Source: Candidatus Omnitrophota bacterium (lineage in GTDB: Bacteria > Omnitrophota > Omnitrophia > Omnitrophales > JACROU01). From it: DNA of 64,000 nucleotides. This document shows, one piece after another, positions 31,463 to 41,602 of this stretch (positions are counted from its first letter, which is position 1; each line of letters opens with the position of its first letter). The notes under the pieces were generated by a model, which saw only the letters and a program-made list of their open reading frames with translations, was not told where the DNA came from and ran no database searches. The stretch is taken from positions 98,313 to 162,312 of the forward strand of contig JAJDCD010000008.1 of NCBI GenBank assembly GCA_029261035.1. Direction: 5' to 3'. The position numbers were made by a program, and so were the translations under genes.

Positions 31463-32936
31463 TATTATCTTTAGAAGCTCGATAGTCTTTGTAAGTTAGA
31501 ATAGGATTCCTTGCCGCCTTAACCTCATCGGGTCTGGAAATAGCTAATGTAAAAGGAGCTTCATGTAATCGTTCAGGGAACTCAACAGCTTCATCTGCTA
31601 TCGTAAGCATAACTTTTACAAACTGATCCAAAGTAGCTTTTGACTCTGTTTCTGTAGGCTCAATCATCATCGCCTCAGCCACAATCAGAGGAAAGTATAT
31701 CGTTGGTGCATGGATACCAAAATCTAATAATCTTTTAGCAATATCCGTAGCATGAACACCTAAATCATTTTGCTTCACTGCTTGAGCCACAAACTCATGC
31801 ATACAAAACCCAGGAAAAGGTACTGTGAAATGTTCTTCAATTTTCTTTTTTAGGTAATTTGCATTAATAATAGCGTCTTGGCTTACCTGCTTCAAACCCT
31901 CTCTTCCCAAATGGGCAATATAAACATAAGCTCTAACAAGAACTCCTATATTCCCTAAAAAAGCTCGCAGTTTTCCGATAGAATCTGGAATATCCTCATC
32001 CCAAGAGTAAACACCCTTTTCTTCTTTAACTAAAGGAGTTGGTAAATAAGGGATTAAATGTTTTTTCACTCCAACAGGACCAGCTCCAGGTCCACCACCT
32101 CCGTGTGGAGTAGAAAATGTTTTATGCAAATTTAAATGAACGATATCAAAACCCATATCGCCAGGACGTGCAATACCTAAAAGAGCATTCATATTTGCTC
32201 CGTCATAATAGAGCAATCCACCTACATCATGAATAGCCTTTTGAATCTGTTGGATATCATCCTCAAACAAACCAATGGTATTTGGATTCGTTAACATCAA
32301 ACAAGCTGTTTCATCATTAATCAAACTCTTCAAATGTGCTAGATCAACCCTACCTCGCTCATCCGACTTAACTTCAACCACATTAAAACCAAACAAAGCG
32401 GCACTTGCAGGATTCGTCCCATGACTCGAGTCTGGTACCAATACATTTTTACGTTTCATATCTCCTCTAGCCTCATGATAAGACTTCACAAGCATCATTC
32501 CACACAACTCCCCATGTGCTCCTGCAGCAGGTTGTAATGTGAAACGGTCCATCCCTGTTATTTCCTTCAAGGAGCTTTCAAGATCAAAAAGAAGTTTCAT
32601 AATCCCCTGCAAACTATCTTCCGGTTGCAATGGATGAATATTAGCAAACCCATCAAAGCGAGCTGCATCTTCATTAATTTTTGGATTATATTTCATCGTA
32701 CAACTTCCTAGAGGATAAAAATTAGTATCTACTGAAAAGTTCTTTTGAGACAAGTTCACATAATGTCTTACTAATTCCGGTTCCGATACAGAAGGCAAAT
32801 CCATTTCAGGGTCTCTCATCAAAGATTCAGGAACCAACTTAGAGATATCGCTAGAATCAAAATGAGAATGAGGTAGGCTAAATCCTTTTTTTCCTTCTTG
32901 GCTCAGTTCATAAACTAAAGGGGTTTCTTTATTCAT
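31413..32936 (-). CDS. gcvPB: Glycine dehydrogenase (decarboxylating) subunit 2
   Basis: 507 aa. PLP-lysine region NLHKTFSTPHGGGGPG. Confidence 0.95.
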   Translation of the reverse strand: MNKETPLVYELSQEGKKGFSLPHSHFDSSDISKLVPESLMRDPEMDLPSVSEPELVRHYVNLSQKNFSVDTNFYPLGSCTMKYNPKINEDAARFDGFANIHPLQPEDSLQGIMKLLFDLESSLKEITGMDRFTLQPAAGAHGELCGMMLVKSYHEARGDMKRKNVLVPDSSHGTNPASAALFGFNVVEVKSDERGRVDLAHLKSLINDETACLMLTNPNTIGLFEDDIQQIQKAIHDVGGLLYYDGANMNALLGIARPGDMGFDIVHLNLHKTFSTPHGGGGPGAGPVGVKKHLIPYLPTPLVKEEKGVYSWDEDIPDSIGKLRAFLGNIGVLVRAYVYIAHLGREGLKQVSQDAIINANYLKKKIEEHFTVPFPGFCMHEFVAQAVKQNDLGVHATDIAKRLLDFGIHAPTIYFPLIVAEAMMIEPTETESKATLDQFVKVMLTIADEAVEFPERLHEAPFTLAISRPDEVKAARNPILTYKDYRASKDNNGSSSISTTGVPVHAG

Positions 32937-32945
32937 AACATTTCC

Positions 32946-34295
32946 TTATGACAAGATTTGTTTCATTGCATTAACAAATTTATCTAAATCTTCTTTCGTT
33001 TTTGTTTCTGTTGCACAGATTAATAAGCAGTCCTTAAACTCAGAGTAAAACCGTCCCAAATCAACACCACCAAAAATTTTAAAATCTTTAAGTTGTTTTT
33101 GTATATCAGAAACTGATACATTTTTAGAACGAATCACAAATTCATTAAACGATGTGCCTGAAAATACAATTTCAAGACCCTTCACTTTAGATAGCTGTTC
33201 TTTTAAATACAGTGCCGATCTAAAATTATATTCCGACACTTTACGAACACCCTCTTTCCCCATAGCGGAAAGGTAAACACAGGCTGCAAGAGCTAAAAGA
33301 GCCTGATTCGTACAAATATTGGATCCCGCTTTTTCTCTTCTAATATGCTGTTCTCTAGCTTGAAGTGTAAGAGTAAAACATCTATTTCCATTCCGATCCG
33401 TTGTCATCCCCGCTAAACGTCCAGGAATTTTACGCATCAACGCTTTCTTCACAGCAAAAAATCCAAGCGCTGGGCCACCTAACGCCATTGGGACACCCAA
33501 ACTCTGACCTTCACCAACAGCAATATCAGCCCCCCATTGTCCCGGCCCTTTAAACAAGCCACAAGAAATAGGATTAACGGCAGCCACTAAAAGAGCTCCG
33601 ACTTCATGAACTTTTTCTGTAATTTTTTCAAAATCCTCAACAACACCAAAAAAATTGGGTGTTTGAACAATAAGAGCTGCAACCTCTTTATCTAAAGAAG
33701 CCAATAACTGAGTTTGATCTAAAAACCCTTTTTCGCTCCAGTTAATTTCTTCGATAACATAGTCATCTCCAGACAAATAAGTCTGAATCGTACTTCTATA
33801 ATCAGGGTGTAACGATTTTGATACGAGAATTTTATTTCTTCTCGTATGTCTCAATGCAAGAAGGGCTGCTTCTGCGGTAGCAGATGCCCCATCATAATTC
33901 GAGGCATTTGAAAGATCCATCCCCGTTAACTCAGACATCATGCTCTGATATTCAAAAATAGTTTGAAGAGTTCCCTGAGAAGCTTCAGCTTGATAGGGCG
34001 TATATGCGGTATAAAACTCTCCTCGAGATAGCATATGGTTCACAATACTTGGAATGAAATGTTCATAGCACCCTGCTCCTAAATAAGACATGAAATCTGA
34101 AGTAGACTGATTTGTTTGAGCCAATGCTTTAGTTTTCCTCATCAACTCTAATTCATTAAGTCCATCAGGTATATTCAGGTCACTGATTCTTAAATCTTTA
34201 GGCACAAATTCAATTAATTGTTCAAAAGAATCCACACCCAATTCTTTGAGCATCTCCGAACGATCTGTTTCTGTTAAAGGTAACCAATTGCTCAT
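32946..34295 (-). CDS. gcvPA: Glycine dehydrogenase (decarboxylating) subunit 1
   Basis: 449 aa. YTPYQAE and SQGTLQ motifs. Confidence 0.95.
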   Translation of the reverse strand: MSNWLPLTETDRSEMLKELGVDSFEQLIEFVPKDLRISDLNIPDGLNELELMRKTKALAQTNQSTSDFMSYLGAGCYEHFIPSIVNHMLSRGEFYTAYTPYQAEASQGTLQTIFEYQSMMSELTGMDLSNASNYDGASATAEAALLALRHTRRNKILVSKSLHPDYRSTIQTYLSGDDYVIEEINWSEKGFLDQTQLLASLDKEVAALIVQTPNFFGVVEDFEKITEKVHEVGALLVAAVNPISCGLFKGPGQWGADIAVGEGQSLGVPMALGGPALGFFAVKKALMRKIPGRLAGMTTDRNGNRCFTLTLQAREQHIRREKAGSNICTNQALLALAACVYLSAMGKEGVRKVSEYNFRSALYLKEQLSKVKGLEIVFSGTSFNEFVIRSKNVSVSDIQKQLKDFKIFGGVDLGRFYSEFKDCLLICATETKTKEDLDKFVNAMKQILS

Positions 34296-34306
34296 ATTTA
34301 TCCTCT

Positions 34307-34696
34307 TTACTTTGCTTCTTGGCTTAATAGCTGTTCATACTCTTTATTTGACAGCAAATTGTCCAACTCACTTACATTTGAAGGCGTAACTGAAAAAAAC
34401 CAACCTTCGCCATAAGGGTCTCTATTAATTAAACCAGGATCCGCTTCCAACTGCTTATTAAATTCAACTACTGTTCCCGAAACAGGGGCATAAATATCAA
34501 AAGCCGCTTTCACCGATTCAACAATACAAATTGCTTTAGATTGTTGAGTCTCTTGCTCTTCAGCAGGCAACTCTACATAAACAACATCCGATAATTCTTT
34601 TTGTGCATATTCTGTAATACCCACTACAATTTTATCGCCATCCTGCTTTGCCCACTCATGAGATTTAGAATATTTAAGTTCTGATGGGAAATTCAT
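34307..34696 (-). CDS. gcvH: Glycine cleavage system H protein
   Basis: 129 aa. Lipoyl-lysine motif VESVKAA. Confidence 0.95.
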   Translation of the reverse strand: MNFPSELKYSKSHEWAKQDGDKIVVGITEYAQKELSDVVYVELPAEEQETQQSKAICIVESVKAAFDIYAPVSGTVVEFNKQLEADPGLINRDPYGEGWFFSVTPSNVSELDNLLSNKEYEQLLSQEAK

Positions 34697-34729
34697 AAAC
34701 TACTCCTTAATTTTAAACACAATATTAAA

Positions 34730-35826
34730 TTAGACTGTTTTATAAAACGGAATTTTAATCACTTTAGCTTTGCAAGGTTGCTCTCGAACGACAATATCAA
34801 TTTCTGTATCCAACCCTGAGAATTCGGACTGTATTAAAGCAAGCCCAACACTTTTCTTTAAAGTTGGGCTATGAGTCCCGCTGGTTACCCAACCAATATC
34901 TTTTCCATCTTTTTGAACGCGGTATTCTTCTCTTGCCAATCCACGATCCAACATTTCAAAACCAACAAGCTTTCTTTCTAATCCATTTTCTTTCTGCTCT
35001 AACAATGCTTGTTTACCAATAAAATTTTCTTTTTCAAAATCAATTGTCCATTTCAAACCTGCTTCCAGAGGGGAAATGGTATCGTTCATATCGTGTCCAT
35101 GTAAAAGTAAACAAGATTCCAAACGCAAAGTGTCTCTCGCCCCAAAACCAATGGGTTTTAGATCAAAAGATTCCCCTGTCTTCAAAATAGCATCATACAG
35201 AGAAACCGAGATTTCTTTATCAAAAAAGAACTCAAAACCATCTTCTCCAGTATAGCCGGTTCTAGAAAGAACAACTTCGCTTCCCTCGAACTGAATTGTC
35301 TTAAAATTAAAACGTTTTAGAGAGGTAAACTCTGAACCTAAAAACTGCTCTATAAATTCTGGACTTCGAGGCCCTTGAACTGCCAAAATACCTCTGTCCG
35401 AACTAATATTCGATAACTCAACCCCTTCAGGAAGATGGGACTCCATCCACGTTACATCTTTTTCAATGTTTGCAGCATTTACAATAACCAAATAATTATC
35501 TTCTTCTAATTCAGATACAATCAAATCATCTATAATCCCACCCTCTTCATTAAGCATTGGGCTATAAACAGCCTTTCCAGGCTCTAACTTCCAAATTTTA
35601 TTAGGCAAGAGATTATTCAAAAACTCTTTCGCTTGCGCCCCTTTAATTCTTAACTCACCCATATGAGATACATCAAAGACACCTACATTAGTTCGGACGC
35701 ATTGGTGTTCTTCTAAAATACTAGAAAAATAGACTGGAACTTCCCATTGGGAAAATTGAATAAAACGAGCTCCAAGAGCTTCTTGTCGAGCATACAAAGG
35801 CAATTTAATCGAAGATTCTGTTGTCA
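34730..35826 (-). CDS. gcvT: Aminomethyltransferase (glycine cleavage T protein)
   Basis: True start taken at ATG 35826..35824 (MTTESSIKLPLYARQ) with AAGGAAAG RBS. The listed 37-aa N-extension lies in the leader. Confidence 0.9.
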
Positions 35827-35891
35827 TCCTATTTCTTTCCTTAAGTTCAAATACTCTAATATGATTTTTAGGTCTGGCAGGTAAAGGAGGC

Positions 35892-35897
35892 ATTATA
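35892..35897 (-). promoter_or_regulatory. Candidate -10 hexamer TATAAT in the gcv leader
   Basis: TATAAT on the minus strand ~65 nt upstream of the gcvT ATG. The -35 is imperfect. Confidence 0.2.
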
Positions 35898-36206
35898 GCT
35901 GAAGGAGGGTAAAAATAAAGCCAAAAATTTAATACCAAGCCACAACGTCAGCTTCAAATTGATTACTCTTGTTTGGCTGTAAAGACTTTAGGACCGAGTG
36001 TGCCGGGTTAAAAACCTGGCACACAACTACTTCAAACCCTTGATAAGGCTATATATAATCAAACAATTTTAGCCTTTTAGGGGGTGTAAAATTACGAGCG
36101 GCCTATTTTCTAGAATGTTCAAAGTTTGAGATCCTCCACCAAGCGTTACAGCTCCCTTTTAAGGAAATGGGGGTCTTGAGCCCTATAATAATTTAAAATG
36201 AAATTA

Positions 36207-37451
36207 TTAGAAATAATCCCTAATAAGCGTCTTAAAGAATCGAAAGAATTTGGATATCAAATTATCCCCTTCTTTAAACTCATTCTCTCTAATTCTTTGA
36301 TCTGACAAAAAGTGCAACGCCCCTAGATAAGAGGCGTATTGAGGCTGCAAAATAGCATCTAGTTTTGTTTTAATTCTAGAAGGATGAACCATCCGAACAG
36401 GTCTTTGCAATTCCTGGCTCGTATATTCTAAAAACCCCTCCAATTTAGCTCCTCCACCCGAAACAACGATTTGCTTAATTTCTCCCTCAAGAGACTCTAT
36501 TCTATCCGTTTCAATCTTTATAAGCTCTAAAAAGTCATCAATAGCCTCTTTGAGAATTGGCTGCAAGTCTTTAAACGTTAATTCTTGTAACCGCACCGTT
36601 CCAAAGTTTTGAGAACTAGGAATTATCTCATCATGAAAAGATGTGTGAGCATCTGATTGAATAGATCCAAATTGCTCTTTAATCCTTACAGCTTCTTTTT
36701 CTGATATATTCAAACGCTCTTTAATTCTATCGGTCCAACTCTCACCACCAAAGTTCAACATCGAAGATCTTCTAATGCGGCTGCCTTGCATAAAAACAAG
36801 AGAAGTCAACCGTCCTCCGATATCCAAAAATAAAGTACTCTCTTTTTTTTCCTCTTCACTCAACAATCCCAAACTACCACACAGCCCTCTTGAAAGAATA
36901 CTCTTAATCTGAATCCCCAACTTACCAAAGGTATGGTGAAGTTGACTCCAGTTATCCATGTCAACCGTTTCCATAATTATATCTACAGCCAAACGAGTCC
37001 CTTCTAAGCCTACAGGATTTCTAATTCCGGACAAATCGTTAACCATAAAGCTCTGAGGAATAGTAAATGTAATCTGGTCTTTTAAAGGAAGGGTCGCGCA
37101 ATCTCTTGTCTGTCTAATTACTTTCTCAACATCTGAAAAACGAATTTTTTTCAACCGATTAAAATAAAGAGAAGTAGAAAGTGCATAAGTACTGGTCAAA
37201 GCGCTTTCTAAAATAATATAGGATGGGAATTTCAGAAATTCCTTCTGAGTACCAATCCCAGACTTCAAACGTCTAATATCTTGTAAAGCTAATTCAGGAT
37301 CCACAATATTCCCATACTCAAAACCTGTCGGCTCCACTTCATTAACCTTTACAACATCAAAAAATAAGGAGTCTGAAGACTTCACTCTGATAGCGACAAG
37401 CTTTGTCGATCCAATACAAAACAAAAATAAATTTTCCATTTGTGGTCCCAT
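36207..37451 (-). CDS. ftsA: Cell division protein FtsA
   Basis: 414 aa actin-fold. VSGGGAKL and DIGG motifs. Immediately downstream of ftsQ. Confidence 0.8.
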   Translation of the reverse strand: MGPQMENLFLFCIGSTKLVAIRVKSSDSLFFDVVKVNEVEPTGFEYGNIVDPELALQDIRRLKSGIGTQKEFLKFPSYIILESALTSTYALSTSLYFNRLKKIRFSDVEKVIRQTRDCATLPLKDQITFTIPQSFMVNDLSGIRNPVGLEGTRLAVDIIMETVDMDNWSQLHHTFGKLGIQIKSILSRGLCGSLGLLSEEEKKESTLFLDIGGRLTSLVFMQGSRIRRSSMLNFGGESWTDRIKERLNISEKEAVRIKEQFGSIQSDAHTSFHDEIIPSSQNFGTVRLQELTFKDLQPILKEAIDDFLELIKIETDRIESLEGEIKQIVVSGGGAKLEGFLEYTSQELQRPVRMVHPSRIKTKLDAILQPQYASYLGALHFLSDQRIRENEFKEGDNLISKFFRFFKTLIRDYF

Positions 37452-37468
37452 ATTATTCCTTGAAATAA

Positions 37469-38326
37469 TTATTTTTTCATTTTCACAACAACATCTTTAT
37501 ATTGCAAATCAAGATATTCGATATTTTCACGGTCATTAGAATTGAGAATGTGTTTCATAGAGTTAATTTTCTTTAAATTCCTAATATAATTTTCGCCTAA
37601 ATAAATTTTTAGACCATCTCCGAGAAAAACACTAAAGTTCCCCAAACGATCCAAACTTAATTTTTCGACAGATTCTGTTGCTAAAACACTTTGTGTTCTT
37701 AAAAATTCATATAATTTCCTAAATGAAAGTAAGCTACTAGAAGAATAGTTATCCCCCACCTTTAAATCTACCGGCCTTAAGTTCTCTTCTTCAATTAATA
37801 CAAGTTCCGGCAAAGAACTTAAACTTGTTTTAGGTAAAATCATACCGTTTTCGTCAATCGCATAAAATCGATCTTGTTTTATTGAATATATTTGAAATGC
37901 TTCAAAACGTCTCAAAGCTATAATTTCTATTGTACTAGGCAAGATTCTTCGAACTTGAACAGTTTTTATTTGAGGATTCTTTTCAATTTTACGGGCCGCT
38001 TTTTGAATATCCGCCGTTAAAATATTGTCCCCCAACTTCAAACCACTCATTTTTTCGATTTCTTTTGCTGTAAATGTTAAATCCGTCTTAACACGAATCA
38101 CATTTAATTGAAAGTGAGGGTCTGCATATAAATGCGTTTGCAACCCATAATAAATAGCTCCAACAAAAGCTACAAAGAGAAAGAAAGGTGCCAATCTAAA
38201 TAACAAGATACCTACGAACGCAAATAGTCGCATAATTCCTTTGAAAAAGTTAGGCAATAAGTTAGACGACGCTTTTGAACGTCTTTTTCTTCTCGGTTTT
38301 GATTTTGACTTTCTTTTTTTCGGCAT
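37469..38326 (-). CDS. ftsQ: Cell division protein FtsQ/DivIB
   Basis: Basic N-terminus, single TM, POTRA-like region. Sits between ddl and ftsA. Confidence 0.65.
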   Translation of the reverse strand: MPKKRKSKSKPRRKRRSKASSNLLPNFFKGIMRLFAFVGILLFRLAPFFLFVAFVGAIYYGLQTHLYADPHFQLNVIRVKTDLTFTAKEIEKMSGLKLGDNILTADIQKAARKIEKNPQIKTVQVRRILPSTIEIIALRRFEAFQIYSIKQDRFYAIDENGMILPKTSLSSLPELVLIEEENLRPVDLKVGDNYSSSSLLSFRKLYEFLRTQSVLATESVEKLSLDRLGNFSVFLGDGLKIYLGENYIRNLKKINSMKHILNSNDRENIEYLDLQYKDVVVKMKK

Positions 38327-38351
38327 TCCTAAATACTCCTATTAAATTAGA

Positions 38352-39293
38352 TTAACAACTCTTCTGAAAATATCTATTTTTAGCACTTTCTAAAATTTTC
38401 AAACACACATCGCCTAAATCGTACCCCTCAACCTGTGCTGCTTTAGGTAACAGGCTCACATCGGTAAAACCCGGAATCGTATTCACCTCTAATACGAATG
38501 GGTTTTCCATTTCATCTAACATAATATCAACTCTAGAAAAATCGCTTAATTTCAAACTCTTATGCGCTTTTAATGCCAACTCCGAAATTAAAGCAATTTT
38601 CTCTTTAGTTAAATCTTTTGGAAAAATATACTTTGTTAAGCCTTTAGTGTATTTAGCTTCATAATCATAAAATAAATGGCTCGGTATTAGCTCTATCAGA
38701 GGCAAAACCTTATCTTCCAAAATACCGACGGTCACTTCTCTACCCAGAATCGCTTTTTCGATTAATAATTTTTGATACTTCCCCAGAAGCCCAGGCATTT
38801 TAATTTTCAATTCATCTTCATTTTCTATCCTCAATACCCCAACACTAGAACCTTCTTCCAGAGGTTTTGCAAAAAAAGGAAAATCAAAACTAAAACCCGC
38901 TAGAGTATCTGTTGTTCCCAAAACAGAATAAGCAGGCGTTGGAATACCTTCTTTCTCAAATACTCGTTTCGCTCTCAGTTTGTTAAAAGCCAACGAACTC
39001 GCTTCTGGATCAGAACCAGAGAAAAGAATATTCAATTCTCTTAAATATTTTTGTATTTGGCCATCTTCACCCCCCTTACCGTGCAGGGCAATAAATACAA
39101 TGTCAATGTCTACAGCCTCTATTTCTTTTATTAAAGTATCCTTCTCACAATTTTCTAAAACGATGTCAACAACATTACAACCTTTATTTCTTAAAGCTTC
39201 AGAAACCGCTTTTCCTGATATAAGGGAAATGGGTCTCTCGCTGGAGTTACCTCCCATCAAAACACCTATAGAACCCAATTCATTATAACTCAC
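38352..39293 (-). CDS. ddl: D-alanine--D-alanine ligase
   Basis: 313 aa ATP-grasp. ALHGKGGEDG and EVNTIPGFT motifs. Confidence 0.9.
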   Translation of the reverse strand: MSYNELGSIGVLMGGNSSERPISLISGKAVSEALRNKGCNVVDIVLENCEKDTLIKEIEAVDIDIVFIALHGKGGEDGQIQKYLRELNILFSGSDPEASSLAFNKLRAKRVFEKEGIPTPAYSVLGTTDTLAGFSFDFPFFAKPLEEGSSVGVLRIENEDELKIKMPGLLGKYQKLLIEKAILGREVTVGILEDKVLPLIELIPSHLFYDYEAKYTKGLTKYIFPKDLTKEKIALISELALKAHKSLKLSDFSRVDIMLDEMENPFVLEVNTIPGFTDVSLLPKAAQVEGYDLGDVCLKILESAKNRYFQKSC

Positions 39294-39302
39294 TCCGTAA
39301 CC

Positions 39303-40211
39303 TCATTTAAAATTAACATATCTAATTTCTTCCTTAAGAGAAAATCCAAACTCATCCAAAACCTTTTTCTTCACTAATTTAATTAGCTCCAACATTTCCT
39401 CTGATCTAGCTCCACCTAAATTCACAAAAAAATTAGCATGCTTTTCAGATACCTGAACATTTCCCAAACGGTACCCTTTCAAACCAACTTTTTCTATCAA
39501 TTGCCCCGCTGAAAACTCTGAATTAGAAGGGTTTTTAAAAACAGAACCCGCCGTAAGGCTCTGGAGGTCTTGAATCTTTGAACGATATTGATAGTTTTCT
39601 AATATTTCTTTTTGGACAATTTCCTTTTCCTTGGGCTCACACTTTAACTTAACACGAATAATCAAAAAGTTTCTTAAATTTGAATTTCGATAACTAAATT
39701 CTAAATCTTTTTCTGTAAACAACTTCTCCTTTCCTTCAGGAGTTAATGCTAAAACTTCTGTAACAAAACGTCCAATTTCACTTTTCTTATCAACAGATCG
39801 CCCAAAACCTGCATTTTGAGCAACAGAACCTCCAACCGTACCTGGGATAGAAGACAAAAATTCAAGACCACCCAAATTTTCTTCGGCACACCGAAGAACA
39901 AAATTTGAATTTAAAACACCTGCAGAAACTTCAACTTCATTCCCTGAAACTTCAAAATGATTTTTATCTAAATTTAAAAGACTGATTACAACCCCAGAAT
40001 ACTCTTCATCCGAAAACAGAACATTACTTCCTCTTCCTAACACATAAAAAGCAAGTTTCTCTTTCATGCAAAAATGCATGACCTCAACCAATTGATCTAA
40101 CTGAGTAGGTGAAGCAAAGTATCGAGCATTCCCTCCCATCTTCCAACTCGTATGCTTTGACAGCGGTTCCCATTCTAATAATTTAAGTCTCGATTCTTTG
40201 AGAAAAGTCAT
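39303..40211 (-). CDS. murB: UDP-N-acetylenolpyruvoylglucosamine reductase
   Basis: FAD-binding VLGRGSN, GSVFKNP. Confidence 0.85.
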   Translation of the reverse strand: MTFLKESRLKLLEWEPLSKHTSWKMGGNARYFASPTQLDQLVEVMHFCMKEKLAFYVLGRGSNVLFSDEEYSGVVISLLNLDKNHFEVSGNEVEVSAGVLNSNFVLRCAEENLGGLEFLSSIPGTVGGSVAQNAGFGRSVDKKSEIGRFVTEVLALTPEGKEKLFTEKDLEFSYRNSNLRNFLIIRVKLKCEPKEKEIVQKEILENYQYRSKIQDLQSLTAGSVFKNPSNSEFSAGQLIEKVGLKGYRLGNVQVSEKHANFFVNLGGARSEEMLELIKLVKKKVLDEFGFSLKEEIRYVNFK

Positions 40212-41592
40212 TCGCTAGTTCTCCAATATCTCCAGCGCCCAAAAAGGCGACAACATCAAATTGATTCAAACCTTCTTCTAAGAAATCTAAAACATGATTT
40301 CTAGATAAAACCCTAACATCTGGATGATTTGTAGCCTTTATAGAATCATAAAGAACTTCAACCCCTTGTTTTTTTTCAACCGATTCTCCAGCAGAGTAAA
40401 CATCCGTCAAAATAACTCTTTCCGCTAAACTGAATGAGCTTCCAAACTCTTCTAAAAAATGCTTCATTCTAGAAAATCGATGCGGCTGAAAAACAACACA
40501 CATTCTTTTACTGCCTGTTTGCTTTAAAGCATTAAGAGATGCCCCTACTTCTGTTGGATGATGAGCATAATCATCTACAACAAGCATGTCTCCAGAGTTG
40601 TATTTAATTTCCAACCGACGTCCCGTCCCAACAAATTTCTTCATCACTTCTGCTATTTTTTCTGCAGAATAACCTAATTGCTGCAATAGAGCGATGCTCG
40701 CCATGGAGTTTAAAACATTATGTTGCCCTGGAACAGATAAACAAATCTTTGTTAAAAATTTACTCTTATGATAAAGATGATAAGATGAATGAAAACCATC
40801 ATAGAGAATATCTTTTGCATAAAAATCATACCTACTATCCAAACCGTACGAAACAGCCTCTACATTTAATCGAGAGACAATTTGAGTTAAGTTCTGATCT
40901 TCGCCACAATAAATAATCTGCCCTGTCTTGCTGACATTAGAAACCAAAGTCTCAAAACTAACAATGAGCTCTTCTAAAGAGTTGTAATGATCCATATGCT
41001 CTTCTTCTAAATTCGTTAAAATTAAATGAGACGGCTTATAAAGTTCGTGAGAACCATCACTTTCATCTAGCTCTGCTACAAATAGGTTTTTATTTCCAAA
41101 AATAACATTATCTCCTACATTCAAAATTTTCCCTCCAACAAGACATGTAGGATCCACTCCGAGCTCTGTCATTAAATATGAAGTCATTGCCGATGTTGTT
41201 GTTTTTCCATGAGTGCCTGCAATTCCTATACAAGACTTACTATTCATTATGTAGCTTAAAATTTGAGCTCTATGAAATAAAGGAACTCCTTGACTGTGAG
41301 CTTCCATAATTTCGGGATGAGTTTTACGTATCGCTGAAGAAAAAACAACCAGATCAATCTTTCCTAAGTCTGGACGTACTGGATTTAATGTAATACTAGC
41401 CCCCATTTCTATCAAAGAATCCAAATGAACACTTTGCTTTTCGTCAGAGCCAACAACACGATGCCCTAAATGGATTAACACCTTTGCAATTGCACTCATA
41501 CCCACCCCTCCGATACCAATAAAATAAATGTTTTGAGGGGATTGGAACAAAGATGCTAAAAACAGTTCCTCTTTTTCATCTAAAGCTTTCAT
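40183..41592 (-). CDS. murC: UDP-N-acetylmuramate--L-alanine ligase
   Basis: GIGGVGMSA and GTHGKTTT motifs. Confidence 0.9.
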   Translation of the reverse strand: MKALDEKEELFLASLFQSPQNIYFIGIGGVGMSAIAKVLIHLGHRVVGSDEKQSVHLDSLIEMGASITLNPVRPDLGKIDLVVFSSAIRKTHPEIMEAHSQGVPLFHRAQILSYIMNSKSCIGIAGTHGKTTTSAMTSYLMTELGVDPTCLVGGKILNVGDNVIFGNKNLFVAELDESDGSHELYKPSHLILTNLEEEHMDHYNSLEELIVSFETLVSNVSKTGQIIYCGEDQNLTQIVSRLNVEAVSYGLDSRYDFYAKDILYDGFHSSYHLYHKSKFLTKICLSVPGQHNVLNSMASIALLQQLGYSAEKIAEVMKKFVGTGRRLEIKYNSGDMLVVDDYAHHPTEVGASLNALKQTGSKRMCVVFQPHRFSRMKHFLEEFGSSFSLAERVILTDVYSAGESVEKKQGVEVLYDSIKATNHPDVRVLSRNHVLDFLEEGLNQFDVVAFLGAGDIGELANDFSQRIET

Positions 41593-41602
41593 AAGTTACT
41601 CC

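Noticed and set aside
35827-35938. ORF-track N-terminal extension of gcvT (MVLNFWLYFYPP...)
   Set aside because: GcvT homologues begin at the internal MTTESSIKLPLYARQ, which has a good RBS. The extension is hydrophobic, unconserved-looking and overlaps the probable promoter.
35827-36206. Glycine riboswitch upstream of gcvT
   Set aside because: Reverse-complemented the leader and searched for the conserved GGAGAG, CUCUGGAGAG and ACCGAAGGGGCAA cores. None present. Only a generic hairpin and a -10-like box were found.
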